Source of the DNA: Ginglymostoma cirratum
Lineage: Eukaryota
NCBI GenBank assembly: GCA_024137785.1
Contig: JAHRHZ010000014.1
Span: forward strand, 48,801,884-48,865,883
DNA length: 64,000 nucleotides
Direction of reading: 5' to 3'
Shown here: positions 23,853-35,950 of the stretch, in pieces
Numbering within the stretch: position 1 is the first letter of the stretch
Layout: each line of letters opens with the position of its first letter
The notes under the pieces: model-generated
Told to the model about the DNA's origin: nothing
The model's database searches: none
What the model saw: only the letters and a program-made list of their open reading frames with translations
Made by a program: the position numbers and the translations under genes

Positions 23853-25019
23853 GTAAGTGGTTCTTAATGCTGATAGCTGGTTCTTACAGTAATATTGTTG
23901 ACGAATGACATGTGATCTTTACATTAAGTTGGCAAGTATCAAGTAGGCAAGCATTAAGCAAAACCGAACAGCAGTTCAGTCTTAGTATGGTAACTTGTTA
24001 CAGGATGACAGAAATGGTTACAGGTATGTGTTTTGATTACTGATTTTCACGTTGAGACATACTGTGCTGAAGGGACCTTTGACTCAGTATTGTCACATGA
24101 TTGGAAAAGTCAGTACTGGCAGTGAGAAGCTAGATGTCAGTATTAAAGTTCACATTTGCCAACTGAGCAGCAGAATGTCACTATTCTCCTCAGTAGAAGT
24201 TTAGTGCCCAACGAAGTAATAGGATTCGGTCTTTAATCAGCGTCTGGGTGAATGAAAACGTTGTTTGGTAGACATACGGGAACATAATGCATGTTAAGAA
24301 GTAGCATATGCCTGCTGGACAGTATAAATCCCCAGTGACAAAGGCAGTGCCTTGTGTTCTGGTTTTCTGTTTATTAGTACTGAGCTCAGCCTGAAGCACC
24401 ATTTATGTAACTCACGTGGCCTTTCACCCTGTGGAGCAGAAATGGATTATCCCATGGTCAACTGTGAAACAAAATTGCAAATAGGTTTGTTTGTTTTCTG
24501 AGGGAGGGACAACACATTTCTCATATCTCCACTTCAAAAAGTTCTTGATACTTAAATGACACAGTTCGAACAGTTTAATCCCAAGTATTAATTCAATGCT
24601 GGAACATTATCACCAAGCGGCATTAGCGAATAATAAATCGTTTCAAAGTGAGTCATGTATGTTGCTACACATTGTTACTGCTAACTTGAATACAATGAAG
24701 TTTTCAGTGTCTGTACTTCAAGCTCAAGGCTATAAATACCATTGTGTACTGTGTTTCTATTCCCTAATTATCCAGTTTGAGAATGCTTGTAACGTTTGAT
24801 AGCTGTGTCACCAGATCAAAACCAGCCAAACTCAACTTTAGACTTCGGAATAAAGATAGTTCAATACGATTAGGTTGTGCTGGATTTTAATTCAGGGCTG
24901 CAGAGATTAAAATTTTCGACCTGACTGGGCCTGGTATAAATACAAAATGTGATTCTCACTTTTTGGTTTTCTGTTGAGCTCAGTGGCAGTTCTACTTCCA
25001 AATGTACTCAGGGTATCTC

Positions 25020-25390
25020 TCTGAGACAAAGCAATTTACAATATTGAAGGGGGCCATTTGGCCCATTATGTCTGTGCCATCTGACAATGAGTTATCCAGC
25101 CTCCTCTCACTTTCCAGCTGTCATTCTGTAGCCTTGCGACATTTCAAATTCACCAACATGTGGCTACAAAAGATTCTCCTCGACTCTTTCCGCTAAATTA
25201 TGTCAGTGTTGTGCCCACTTAATTATTGGGTCCTCTGCTAAATGAAAGAAGTCTTTCCTATTGATTATATTTAAGCACCTCATAATTTTGTACACTTCAT
25301 TTAAAATCAGCCCCATTTAAAAGAAAGCAATCCCAGCTTATTCAATCATAGCTTAACTTTTCTTGTCCTGGCACCATCTTTCTAAAAATC
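25020..25390 (-). mobile_element. Old CR1 3' fragment
   Basis: GGGGCCATTTGGCCCATTATGTCTGTGCC tail-like motif and CCTCATAATTTTGTACAC (reverse complement of the V/YKIMRG region). Confidence 0.5.
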
Positions 25391-25397
25391 CATTATG

Positions 25398-25592
25398 AAA
25401 GGAAAATACTACAGATATTGGAGATCTGAATCAAAAAACAAAAAGGGCTGGAAATGCTCAGTGGGTAAAGCACCATCTGTGGATAAAAACGAGGCTAATG
25501 TTTCAGCTCAAATCAGAACACTCGTTGAGTTGAAACATTAACTCTTTCTCTTCATAGAAGTTGCCTGAATTGCTCTCTTCCAGCAGTTTTTC
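25398..25592. mobile_element. Old PLE family B-like palindromic insertion
   Basis: GGCTGGAAATGCTCAG...CATCTGTGGA...TAATGTTTCA is inverted relative to TGAAACATTAACTC...TTCCAGCAG. Confidence 0.6.
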
Positions 25593-26185
25593 TTATAAAG
25601 CGTAATAAATCTGCTCTGTGTCCTCCCTATTTAAATACAATAAAAAAATTCATCTCAGGAGTACACCACGCTGCCTAATTACAAAATACCATATTCCAAG
25701 TGTGTAGCAACATCCCCTCCTTGTGATCAGAATTTCATAGCGCCTTTCATTTGACTCACGATTTATGACTTAAAAACATTTTTGAGAGACACGTCCAGAA
25801 AACAATTGTTAAACTGCTGCAGTTGAGTACATGAAGGACCATAGGCACCACTCTCTTCACTAGAAAGAAAGAGAGAGGAAGAGAATTAGTCCTATGTAAT
25901 CTGTGGACTACAGGAAGGAGAGATTCCTCCATGAACTACCACAGCCAGTGCAGGGATTGAACCAACTCCTTGGGTATTATTCGGCTTCGCCAGTTAAGAT
26001 CAGTTTTACTATAGTGCTGTATGACTAATATTTAAAGCTTGAATAATATCCTAATGATGGACATGCTTTCTGGTCTATGTTGAAACATCCCAAGAAAGGT
26101 CCCTGTTGGAATTGTTTTGAAAGCTATTGTTGCAAAATTTAGTCCATGGTTCATTTTAACAGTTTAAAAGTAATTCGTTCCAGAA

Positions 26186-29160
26186 TTTTTTTTATTCACT
26201 TGTGCAGCATGGGTATCGCTGGCTGTCCAGCATTTATTGCCTGCCTGTGGTTGCTGTTGAGGCAGTGGTGGTGAACTGCCTTTTTCAGTCACTGCAGACC
26301 ATGTGCTGTCAGTAAACCCACAATGCCTTTAGGGAGGGAATTCCAAGATTTTGACCCAGCAACAGTGAATGAATAGCGATATATTTCCAAGTTGGGATGG
26401 TTAATGACTTAGAGGTACTTGCAGGTGCTAGTGTTCTTATATATCTATTGCCCTTCTTTTTCTAGATGGATGTGATTGTGGGTGTTTGGGAGGTGTTGTC
26501 TCAGGATCTTGTAGATAGTACACACTGCTGCTACTGAGCATTGGTGGTGGAGGGAATGGATGTTTGTGGGTGTGGTACCAGTCAAATGGGCTGCTTTGTC
26601 TTGGATGGTGTCAAACTGCTTCAGTGTTGTTGGATCTGCACCCATCCAAGCAAGGGGGGAGTGTTCTGTCACACTCCTGACTTGTGCCTTGCAGATGATG
26701 GATAGGCTTTGGAGAGTCAGGAGATGAGCTACTCACCGCAGTATTCCCAGCCGCTGCCCAGCTGTTGTAGCCACTGTATTTATATGAAGTATTCAGTTGA
26801 GTTTCTGGTCAATGGTAATCCCAGGCTGTTGATAGCAGGGGATTCAGTGATGATAACACTGTTGAACGTCAAGGGGGTGATTAGATTGCCTCTTATTGCT
26901 GATCATTGCCTGGCATTTGTGTGGTATGAATGTCACTTGTCAACCCAAACCTGGATATCATCTAGATCTTGTGGCATTTGCAACATAGCATACACCTAGA
27001 TAAACTGAAATTGGAGGTCCTTTTTAAGCTGCACCCATCTCCGTGACAACATAGTCGGCACTGGATTGCTTCAGTGTCTGTGGAGTCATGAGTAGTGCTG
27101 AACATTGTGCAGTCATCAGCGAACACTACTGCCCTTATAATAGAGGGAAGGTTATTGATGAAGCAGCTGAAAATGGTTGGGCCTAGGACACTATCCTGAG
27201 GAACTCCTGCAGTGATGTCCTGGAGCTGAGATGATTGACCTCCCACAACTACGACCATCTTCCTATGTGTCAGGTATGACTCCAACTACCGGAGCATTTC
27301 CCCCCGATACCCATTGAGTCCAGTTTTGCTAGGGCTCCTTGATGCCACACTCAGTTGAATGCAGCCTTGATATCAAGGGCTGTCGCTCTCACCTCACCTC
27401 TGGAATTCAGCACTTTTGTCCATGTTTGAGCCAAGGCTGCAATGAGGTCAGGAGCTGAGTGGCCCTGGCAGAACCCAAACTGGGCGGGTGCTGAGCAGAT
27501 GCTGCTTGGTAGCACTGTTGATGACACCTTCCATCACTTTACTGCTGATCGAGAGTAGACTGATGGGGCGGTAATTCGCCGAGTTAGATTTGTCATGCTT
27601 TTTATGTACAGGACATACTTGGGCAATTTTCCACATTGTCGGGTAGATGCCAGTGTTGTAACTGTACTGGAACAGCTTGGCTCGGGGAGCAGCAAGTTCT
27701 GGAGCACAAGTCTTCAGTACAATTGCCAGAATATTGTCAGGCCCCGTAGCCTTTGCGGTATCCAATGTCTCCAACCGTTTCTTCATATCACATGGAGTGA
27801 ATTGAATTGGCTGAAGACTGGTATCTGTAATGCTGGGGACCACTGGAGGAGGCCAAGATGGATCATCCACTCGGCACTTCTGGCAGAAGATTGCTGCGAA
27901 TGCTTCAGCCTTATCTTTTGCACTGATGTGCTGGGCTCTTCCTTCATTTGAGGATGGGGATATTTGTGGAGCCACCTCCTCCAGTGGGCTGTGTGATTGT
28001 CCATAACCATTCATGACTGGATGTGCAGGACTGCAGAGCTTAGATCTGATCCGTTGGTTGTGGGATCGCTTAGCTCTGTCTATCACTTGCTGTTTTCACT
28101 GTTTGGCGTGCAAGTAGTCCCTTTTGGTATTTTCATCTGGATGATACCTCATCTTCAGGTATGCCTAGTGCTGCTCCTGGCCTGCCCTCCTGCACTCTCC
28201 ATTGAACCAGGGTTGATCCCCTGGTTTGATGGTAATTGTTGAGTGGGGGATATGCCGGGCCATGAGGTTACAGATTGTGTTGGAGTACAATTCTGCTGCT
28301 GTTGATGGCCCACAGTGCCTCATGGATGCCCAGTCTTGAGTTGTAGATATGTGCGAAGTCTGTCCCATTTAGCACAGTGATAGTGCCACACAACACGATG
28401 GAAGTTATTCTCAATGTGAAGGCGGGACTCCATCTCCACAACGCCTGTGCGATTGTCACTCTTACCGATACTGTCATGGACAGATGCAACTGCAGCTAGC
28501 AGGTTGGTGAGAATGAGGTTGAGTATATTTTTCCCTCTTGTTGGTTCCCTCACCACCTGCTGCAGACCTGGTCCAGCAGCTACGTCCTTTAGGACCCGAC
28601 CAGCTTGATCAGTAGTGCTGCTGCCAAGCCACTCTTGATGTTGGACATTGAAATCCCCCACCCAGAGTACATTTTGTGCCCTTGCCATCCTCAGTGTTTC
28701 CTCTAAGTGTTGTTCAATATTGAGGAGTACCGACTCATCAGCTAATGGAGGATGGTAAATGGTAATCAGCAGGAGGTTTCCTTGCCCATGTTTAACCTGA
28801 AGCCATGAGACTTCATGGAGTCTGGAGTCAGTGTTGAGCACTCCTAGAGTAACACCCTCCTGACTGTATACCACTGTGCTGCCGCTTCTGCTGGGTCTGT
28901 CCTGCTGATATAATCCAGGGACGGTGCTGGTGGTGCCTGGGACATTGCCTCTAAGGTATGAATCTGTGAATATGACCATGTCTGGCTGTTGCTTGACTAG
29001 TCTGTGAGACAGTACTCCCAATTTTGGCACTAGCCCCCAGATGTTAGTGAGGAGGACTTTGCATGGTCGACAGGGCTGTTTCTGCTGTTGCCTTTTCAGT
29101 GCCTAGGTCAATGCCAGGTGATCTGTCCGGTTTCATGTTCTTTGAGACTTCGATATCCAT
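26186..29160 (-). mobile_element. 5'-truncated APE-RT non-LTR retrotransposon (CR1/L2 group), frameshifted
   Basis: APE in ORF 28320-29030 (VGDFN, EPTRGKNILNLILT, SDN). RT in 27448-28086 (KATGPDNI, YRPISLLS) and 26962-27285 (GVPQDSVLGP, FADD). C-terminus 26445-26672; A-rich end at 26186. Confidence 0.93.
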
Positions 29161-29259
29161 TGATTCCAGTTTTGCAATGGCTCTTTGAATACGGTCTTGA
29201 TGTAAAAGATTGTCATCCTCATCTCATCTCTGGAACACAGCTGTTTTGTCCAGGTTTGA

Positions 29260-29656
29260 GGAGAGATCACTGGAGCATATGAGGTGAGAGATGACCATAT
29301 AGAAGTTTATAAAATCATGAGGGGTATAGATCGAGTTAGTGGTAGGTGTCTTTTCCCTAGGATGGGGGATTTCAAGACTCGGGGGTACATTTTTAAAGTG
29401 AGAGGAGAGAAATTTAAAAAAGACATGAGAGGTAAGGTTTTTACACGGAGTGTGTGGAATGAACTTCCTGAGAAAGTGGTGGATGTGGGCACATTTACAA
29501 CACTTCAGACTTTTGGATAAGTCCATGAATAGGAGAGGTTTGGGGGGATACGGTCCAGGAGCAGGCAGGTGGGATTAGTTTAGTTTGGGATTATGTTTGG
29601 CACGGACTGGTTGGACCAAAGTGTCTGTTTCCGTGCTGTTTGACTTTATGACTCTA
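29260..29656 (+). mobile_element. CR1 3' fragment
   Basis: ORF 29284-29520 IEVYKIMRGIDRV...TRG...VWNELPEKVV plus CR1 tail ending GACTTTATGACTCTA. Confidence 0.9.
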
Positions 29657-29964
29657 GAAGTATAAAACTAACGACAATATGATAATTTGTTTGCCGGAAC
29701 ACCTGGCAATGATGTGCAAAGTTCATCCAAAGTTAAGGCAGTTCAGAGGTTTCCCATGTTTGTCTAATAGTTTTGATAAGTTTAATTCAGTGCTGACTAC
29801 ATTGTCATGGAGCTGGGTGGAGCTTGAGAATGCTGTCCAGTTTCTGTTTATCTGGATGTTTGCAATGTTGCTATGAATTTATTTCCAGTTTGGACCTTGT
29901 ATGATTTTCAACTTGATGAGAGACATCGATTTTAAAAAAAAATGACTGTTGGACAGACCAGTGC

Positions 29965-31540
29965 TAATGGCCTAATGATATTGTCACTGAACTAATAGTC
30001 TAGAGACCAGTTAATGTTCTAGGGACCATTTCGAGTCCTGCAATGGCAGTTGATAGATTTTGAATTCATTTGAAATCTGGAATTAATAATCTAATGGTGA
30101 CCATGAAATATAGAAGAAGATCGGAGCAGAAGTGTGTCATTTGACCCCTCGAGTCTACTCCGATTCGGTATGATCAATGCTGATCATTGAGCTCAGTACC
30201 CTAATCCAACCCTCCCCCCATGTGCTTTGATCCCTTTGGTCAAAGGAGTTATATCTACCTGCTCCTTGAGCACATAGTTTTGGCCTGAACCACTTGCTGT
30301 GGTAGTGAGTTCCACAGGCTCACCACTCTCTGGGTGAAGAAATTTCTCCTCATCTTTGTCCTCTCAGGCTTACCCCTTATCCTTAAGCTATGACTACCAT
30401 CGGGGGCATTCTTCCGGTATCTAACCTGTCTTGTCCTGTTCAAATTTTATTGGTTTCTATGAGATCTCTCCTCGCTCTTCTAAACTAAAATGAATACAAT
30501 CCTAACAAAGTCAATTTCTCCTCACAGGTCAGCCCTGCCATCCCAGGAATCAATTTGGTTAACCTCTGCAGCACTTCCTCCATTAGCAAGAATATCCTTC
30601 CTCAGATAAGGAGAACAAACCTGCACAGAGCTTTCCAAGTGTGGCCTCACCGATGCCCTCTACAATTGCAGAAAAACATTCTTGTTCCTGTCTTGAATTC
30701 TCTTGCTATGAAGACCAACATACTGTTTGCCTTCTTTACTGCCTGCTGCACCCACACGGTTACTTGCAGCAACTGGTGCCCAAGGACACCCAGATCCATA
30801 CAATCACAGAGTCATAGAGATGTACAGCACGGATACAGACCTTTTGGTTCAACTCATCCATGCAGACCAGATATCCTTGATAAATCCAGTCCCATTTGGC
30901 CACTGAACCCTTCCTATTCATATACCCATCCAGAAGCCTGTTAAATGTTGTAATTGTACCAGCCTCCACAATGTCGCGATTAACATTCCCCCTGACAATT
31001 TACAACCAGTCAAATAACAATCTACCTTCCTACTTTTGCTCCCAAAGTGACTAACCTCACATATATCTGCATTATACTTCATCTGCCATGCAATTGCTCA
31101 CTCACTCAAACTGTCCAGATTACACTGAAGCATCTCTACATCCTCCTCAAAGCTCATCCTTCAATCCAATTTTGTGTCATTTGCAAGTTTTGTGATATTA
31201 CATTTAGTTCCCCCATTTAAATTGTTAACATATATTCTGAATAGCTAGGGTCTTAGCACCGATCCCTGCGGCACCCCACTAGTCACTGCCTGCCATTTTG
31301 AAAAAGACTCATTTATTCCTACACAATGTTTCATGCCTGCTAATCAATTTTCTATCAATATTGATTGTCAGAATACCCCAGGGAAGGAAATCTTAACATG
31401 CTTACCTGGTCTGGACTGCATGTGACTTCAGACCCATAGCAATGTGGTTGACTTTTAACTGCCCTCGAGGCAGTTAGGGATGGGCAAAAATGTGGGCCCA
31501 ACCAGCGGCATCTATGCCCTGTTAATAAATGATGAAATAA
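29965..31540 (+). mobile_element. tRNA-SINE (18535 family) split by nested CR1 insertions (29965-30108 plus 31357-31540)
   Basis: The 5' part ends GGTGACCATGAAA and the 3' part resumes ATTGATTGTCAGAATACCCCAGGGAAGGAAATC...GGGATGGGCAA. Confidence 0.75.
30110..31356 (-). mobile_element. CR1 3' fragment containing a second CR1 tail (about 30797-30972)
   Basis: ORF 30255-30443 NFFTQRVVSLWNSLPQ; GATCCCTGCGGCACCCCAC (reverse complement of GVPQGS) at 31261; inner ORF 30760-30969 EAGTITTFNRLLDGYM. Confidence 0.85.
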
Positions 31541-31940
31541 CACATTATTGAGTGTGGAAGGTGGTTCAGGCTTTGTCCCAGATTTTTGAGAGGTTTTATA
31601 TTTGGCAAAAATAGCAGGACTGGCTGAAAATTGTGTGCCTGTTCTCCAAAGGCAACATTCCTATTTACCTGGAGCATTTGCATATGCATGACTTACAGAT
31701 GAGCTCACCATTTAAACCGTCAGCTGCCACCACCGAAGGAGGACTTTGGTAACCTTGAAGTTTGCAGCTAAGACTTGGAAAAGCAGCTCTGGTCTTTGTG
31801 GATGTTTGTTTGAATAGCCAGGGTAGCCTGTGGAGAGGAAATGTGACCTTTTTGATCTGGCTGAGGTCACCTTTGGAGGAGATAAAATGTCCATTTGAGG
31901 AGGTAATTGTTAAAGTAGGCATGAATGTGTGTCAAAACCT

Positions 31941-32056
31941 GATGCCAGAAATCTGAAACAAAACCAGAAACTGTTGGAGAAACTCAGCAGCACTAGCAGC
32001 ATCTGTGGAGAGAAGCGAGAGTTAACATTTCAGGTGCTGTGACCCTTCTTCAGAAC
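31941..32056 (-). mobile_element. PLE family B 3' end
   Basis: GATGCCAGAAATCTGAAACAAAACCAGAAACTGTTGGAGAAACTCAGCAG...GAGTTAACATTTCAGGTGCTGTGACCCTTCTTCAGAAC. Confidence 0.8.
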
Positions 32057-33394
32057 TACAAGTTGTAGCTGTTGTTAAGGCATTTAAAAGATCTTGCCTT
32101 TAAGTCTTAAAATGTCTGGATTGTTTGAAACAAAAATAATTGGTTGCTATTTTATCCTGTTGACATAGGCCAGAGGACTTCTGTTACTGGGTTATAGCCT
32201 CAGGGCAGACTTCAAAACTATCTGTTTGCATGGAGTGGTGCCTTCCTTTCCATAGTTTGCTCATTGCATATTATTATGGACTGTTTGAAGTGAGCCTATG
32301 AATAAATTCCAATGTATGTTGTTATTATGGATTGCGCTCTTGAATAATATTGAATAATTGTTGTAAGACCGTATCTAGTTAAAGGAATGTAAAAATGATA
32401 ATATGTTTAAAATGTGTACCTTTTCTTCCAATACAATGTAACCTGTAATAGACATTTAGAATTTTATTTTATAGAACTTCCTTTTATATGATCTTTGTAT
32501 GGGTTCTAAAGTATGCCCATGGTAGATTCTAGTTAAGTTAACATCATATTTGTAAGGGAAGAGCAAAGTTGGGGGCTTGTATTGGCATGAATTCCCATTA
32601 ATTTGCCATTGGAACTATAAAGGACAGTGGGGATGTTGGCAGGGGGAGAGGGAATCTGCTGGTAGTGTGGGGAATATGTTGATACGGAGCATATTGGAGG
32701 CTGTGAGAGTTGGACAGAAGTGTGTAGATGAGATGGAGGCTATGAGGAGTCATGGACATGGATCAGTGTAATAACTAGACATGGGGGCATGAGGGGCCCT
32801 TGTTTTGGGACATACTTTGGAGGAGTGGATGAGAGGCATATCGTGGCATGGACAGAGCATGTTGCGTGTGAGAGGGCTGGAATGATATTTCATGTTTTGT
32901 TCATTTTTAAAAATTAAACTTTAACACTGCGCTGGTGCACCAAGGCATGACTTCCATGTGGCCAGTCTCCCCACACATTCCAGAGTTACCTAGCCTCCGT
33001 CCGAGGGAGCCTTGCTACCTCAGAGAGAAATTCCAACTTTGCAAGTCATTTCCACCCCAGGCAGGATTTGTGAAGCTAGGTGGTGACCTGACTCTGCCCA
33101 TCCAACCTGGGAGCAAACACCCAAATTAATCCCAGCTTGAAATAGGTGAGGAACAGAAGCAGCAAGATTACCTAATTTGCTGGAATCTACTATGGGCCTC
33201 ACAGTGTCACATTACAAAAGAAAGTGACCAAAGGATTAGCTTGAAAATACTGAAAAATATTCAGAACAAAAGACTGAGGTCTCCATAGACAATAGAGGAT
33301 AAATTATAGAGAATAGATGCAGTTGAGGAGAATTTTCCTGAGGCTGGTGGTATACTTACAGATGGTCCCTATAGAAGTAAATAACTTGCAATTA

Positions 33395-33540
33395 CAGTGT
33401 CTGTGTAGGAGATAAACCAGAGTCACTTCACATCAGCTTTGATGAAGAGTCATCTAGACTTGAAGTGTTAGTTTCCTTTCTCTGTGTGGATGCTTCCTGA
33501 TTCACCGTGATCTCCACCATTCCTTTTTGTTTTCATTCAG
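33395..33540 (+). mobile_element. Diverged PLE-like end with decayed hammerhead core
   Basis: GCTTTGATGAAGAGTCATCTAGACTTGAAGTGTTAGT follows the CTGATGA-A-GAGTC-loop-GACTC-GAAACGTT pattern with substitutions. Confidence 0.55.
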
Positions 33541-35214
33541 GTTCATAGGTCATATTACTGTTAATAGCTCTTGTTTTGTGCAATCGTTTTATGTAAAAGA
33601 GAAGTTTGTTCCATTTAAAATTTTAGTGAAATCTTGTGACACAGTTTGGTTTAGACAAGGTATTCAGACGTCTTTTTAAACGTGAACAATTACGAACTGG
33701 ATTGTCATAGAGTCATATAGCACTGAATGTGGTCATTTTAATTGACCTATTTGGACATATAATGACACACTTTGTAGGGGCAGCTGGGACTTGAACCTAG
33801 ACCTTCTGGCCCAGGGGTAGGGACACAACTGCTGCACCACAATAGCTTTCCTAACCAAACAGGATTGTAACTGTATGACAAATAAGCAATGATGGAAACT
33901 CTGGATGCACCCTATTAGTTTCGTGTTGTTTTTACTTCATTTTGGGCTGAATGTACACAAGGCTCGGGGTAGATTTTACCGGCTATAATGTGATATTTCT
34001 CAGCACAGATCACCACTGCTTAGTCTTGCAGGGTTATTTAGAGCACATCTCCTCCCAAAAATAAAACTTCTAAAAATTTTGCTTTGTCGGTGCACTCCAG
34101 TTTGAAGACTGCTGGTCTTCCACATGAAGGATCATAGCCAGCCCACAGTCCAAAATTATCATCCTGGGATCTTCTACTGAGATCAAGACCCAAACTGAAA
34201 ATTGAAATCAACATCCAGCCTATTCCATGCAGGAGTGCCAGGAACTGATCTAAGGGATTATTTGAATATTGAGCTGGATTGGTCTTTGGCAGCTAGTGAG
34301 CAAAATTTGCAAGTTAAAAATATTGCATCTGTCTACTGTGTGTTTTTCTACGAAACATTTGCCCTTAAAATCAATTGGAGGGGGAGAAAAGTGATGTTAA
34401 TTTTTGCATTTTACACACACCCCGTTGATAAAACTTGGTTAGAAGCCAAGCTGATAGCAAACCAGCTTACTTGTAATGGTATGTTGCCATGTGTAGGATT
34501 GCAATATCAGTTCTTAGCTCAAACACTTGAGGGTGCTCCTGCAACTGTTTGGGATTATTAATAGTAGTTTGCACGCTTTGTAACCTCAAACAACCAATTG
34601 GGACATTTGTTTGAGACAGCTTGTACCATCACAAGCTCCTTGAGTCTAGATTCACTGCTGTCTGTTGAGGTGTAATAATTGATGTCTTCAGCCTATAACT
34701 CCTGCTGTAATTCTGCAGTTTTTATATGGTTGTAACCCCGCCTGAGCAAAAGGTAAGCACTGAAACATTCAGATAAAATGCCGAGTGCTCATAGGTGTTT
34801 TGTTGATAAAGTAACTGGAGTTGTTTGTAATTTTAAGGAGGCCAAGTATCTGAACTTTGTGTGGAGCAATTCTAAACTAATCTCACCCACTGCCTTTGTA
34901 TCTCCTCATGGCCCTGAATATTGTCCTGCTTCATATGTTTGTCTACTTTCCCTTGAAAGACATGGTAGATTCTGCCTCATCCTTGACGTGTTCTGACACT
35001 CATACAGATGAATGTCACTGATACAAAGGCAGCCAATTAAAAAAAACTGTATTAATGATTAAAAATAGCAGACTTTTGGTTGGAACTGAGAGTCTTTGTG
35101 GGACCACTTCTGCTTTGTGAGCATTTAAATTCCAAATTTGAATAAGAGAGGAAGATTGAAAGGAACCATGACGATAATGATAATGAGAATCCTAAAAGGC
35201 AAGAATATTAGAGT

Positions 35215-35620
35215 GAGACAGAACTGATACAGCACACAGGAAGTCATTCAGCCCAGCATGTTGTGCTAGCTCTCCAGAGGAGCAATCTATCTTGTGCCAC
35301 TCCCGATCTTTCCTGTAGCTTTACATATTCTTCCTTTTCGGATAATAACGCAATTCCATTTTGAAAACCTTGATTGAACCTGCCTCCACTTCACTGCCAG
35401 GTAATGCCTCCCAAATCCCAAGCACTCACTGTGTGAAAAAGTAATTCCTCACTTCACCATTATTTCTTTAACAATTAACTTTACTCTGTGACCTCTTGTT
35501 CTTGACTTTTCCACCAATGGGAACAGTCTTTTCTCAGTCTAGACCATCATCATTTTTAAATATCTTTATCAAATTCTCTTTCTCTTTCCCTTTCCTAAGG
35601 AAAAAACAGTCCAAACTACT
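35215..35620 (-). mobile_element. CR1 3' fragment
   Basis: ACAGCACACAGGAAGTCATTCAGCCC tail and CACTCACTGTGTGAAAAAG (reverse complement of FFTQ) motifs. Confidence 0.65.
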
Positions 35621-35629
35621 TTATGTAAT

Positions 35630-35950
35630 GAGGGAATGGTGGAAAAGTGGTAATATCACTGGGCTAGTTATCCAGATTTCCAGCATAATGCTGTGGTGAC
35701 AAGGGTTCAAATCCCACCAGGGACATAGTGAAATTTGCATTCAATTTAAAAATTTGGAATTAAAAATCTAGCCTAGTGGTGACCCTGTAAACCACTACTG
35801 ATTGTCACAAAGACCCATCTCGTTCGTTAATGTCTTTTAAGGTAGGAAATCTGCTCTTCTTACCTGGTCTAGCTTGCGACTATATGTGACTCCAGACCCA
35901 TCTCAATGTAGCTGATGCTTAACTGCCCTTCATTATCGCAGAAGCAAGCC
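35630..35950 (+). mobile_element. tRNA-SINE (18535 family)
   Basis: B-box GGTTCAAATCC; body CCCATCT...TACCTGGTCTAG...ATGTGACTCCAGACCCA. Confidence 0.75.
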
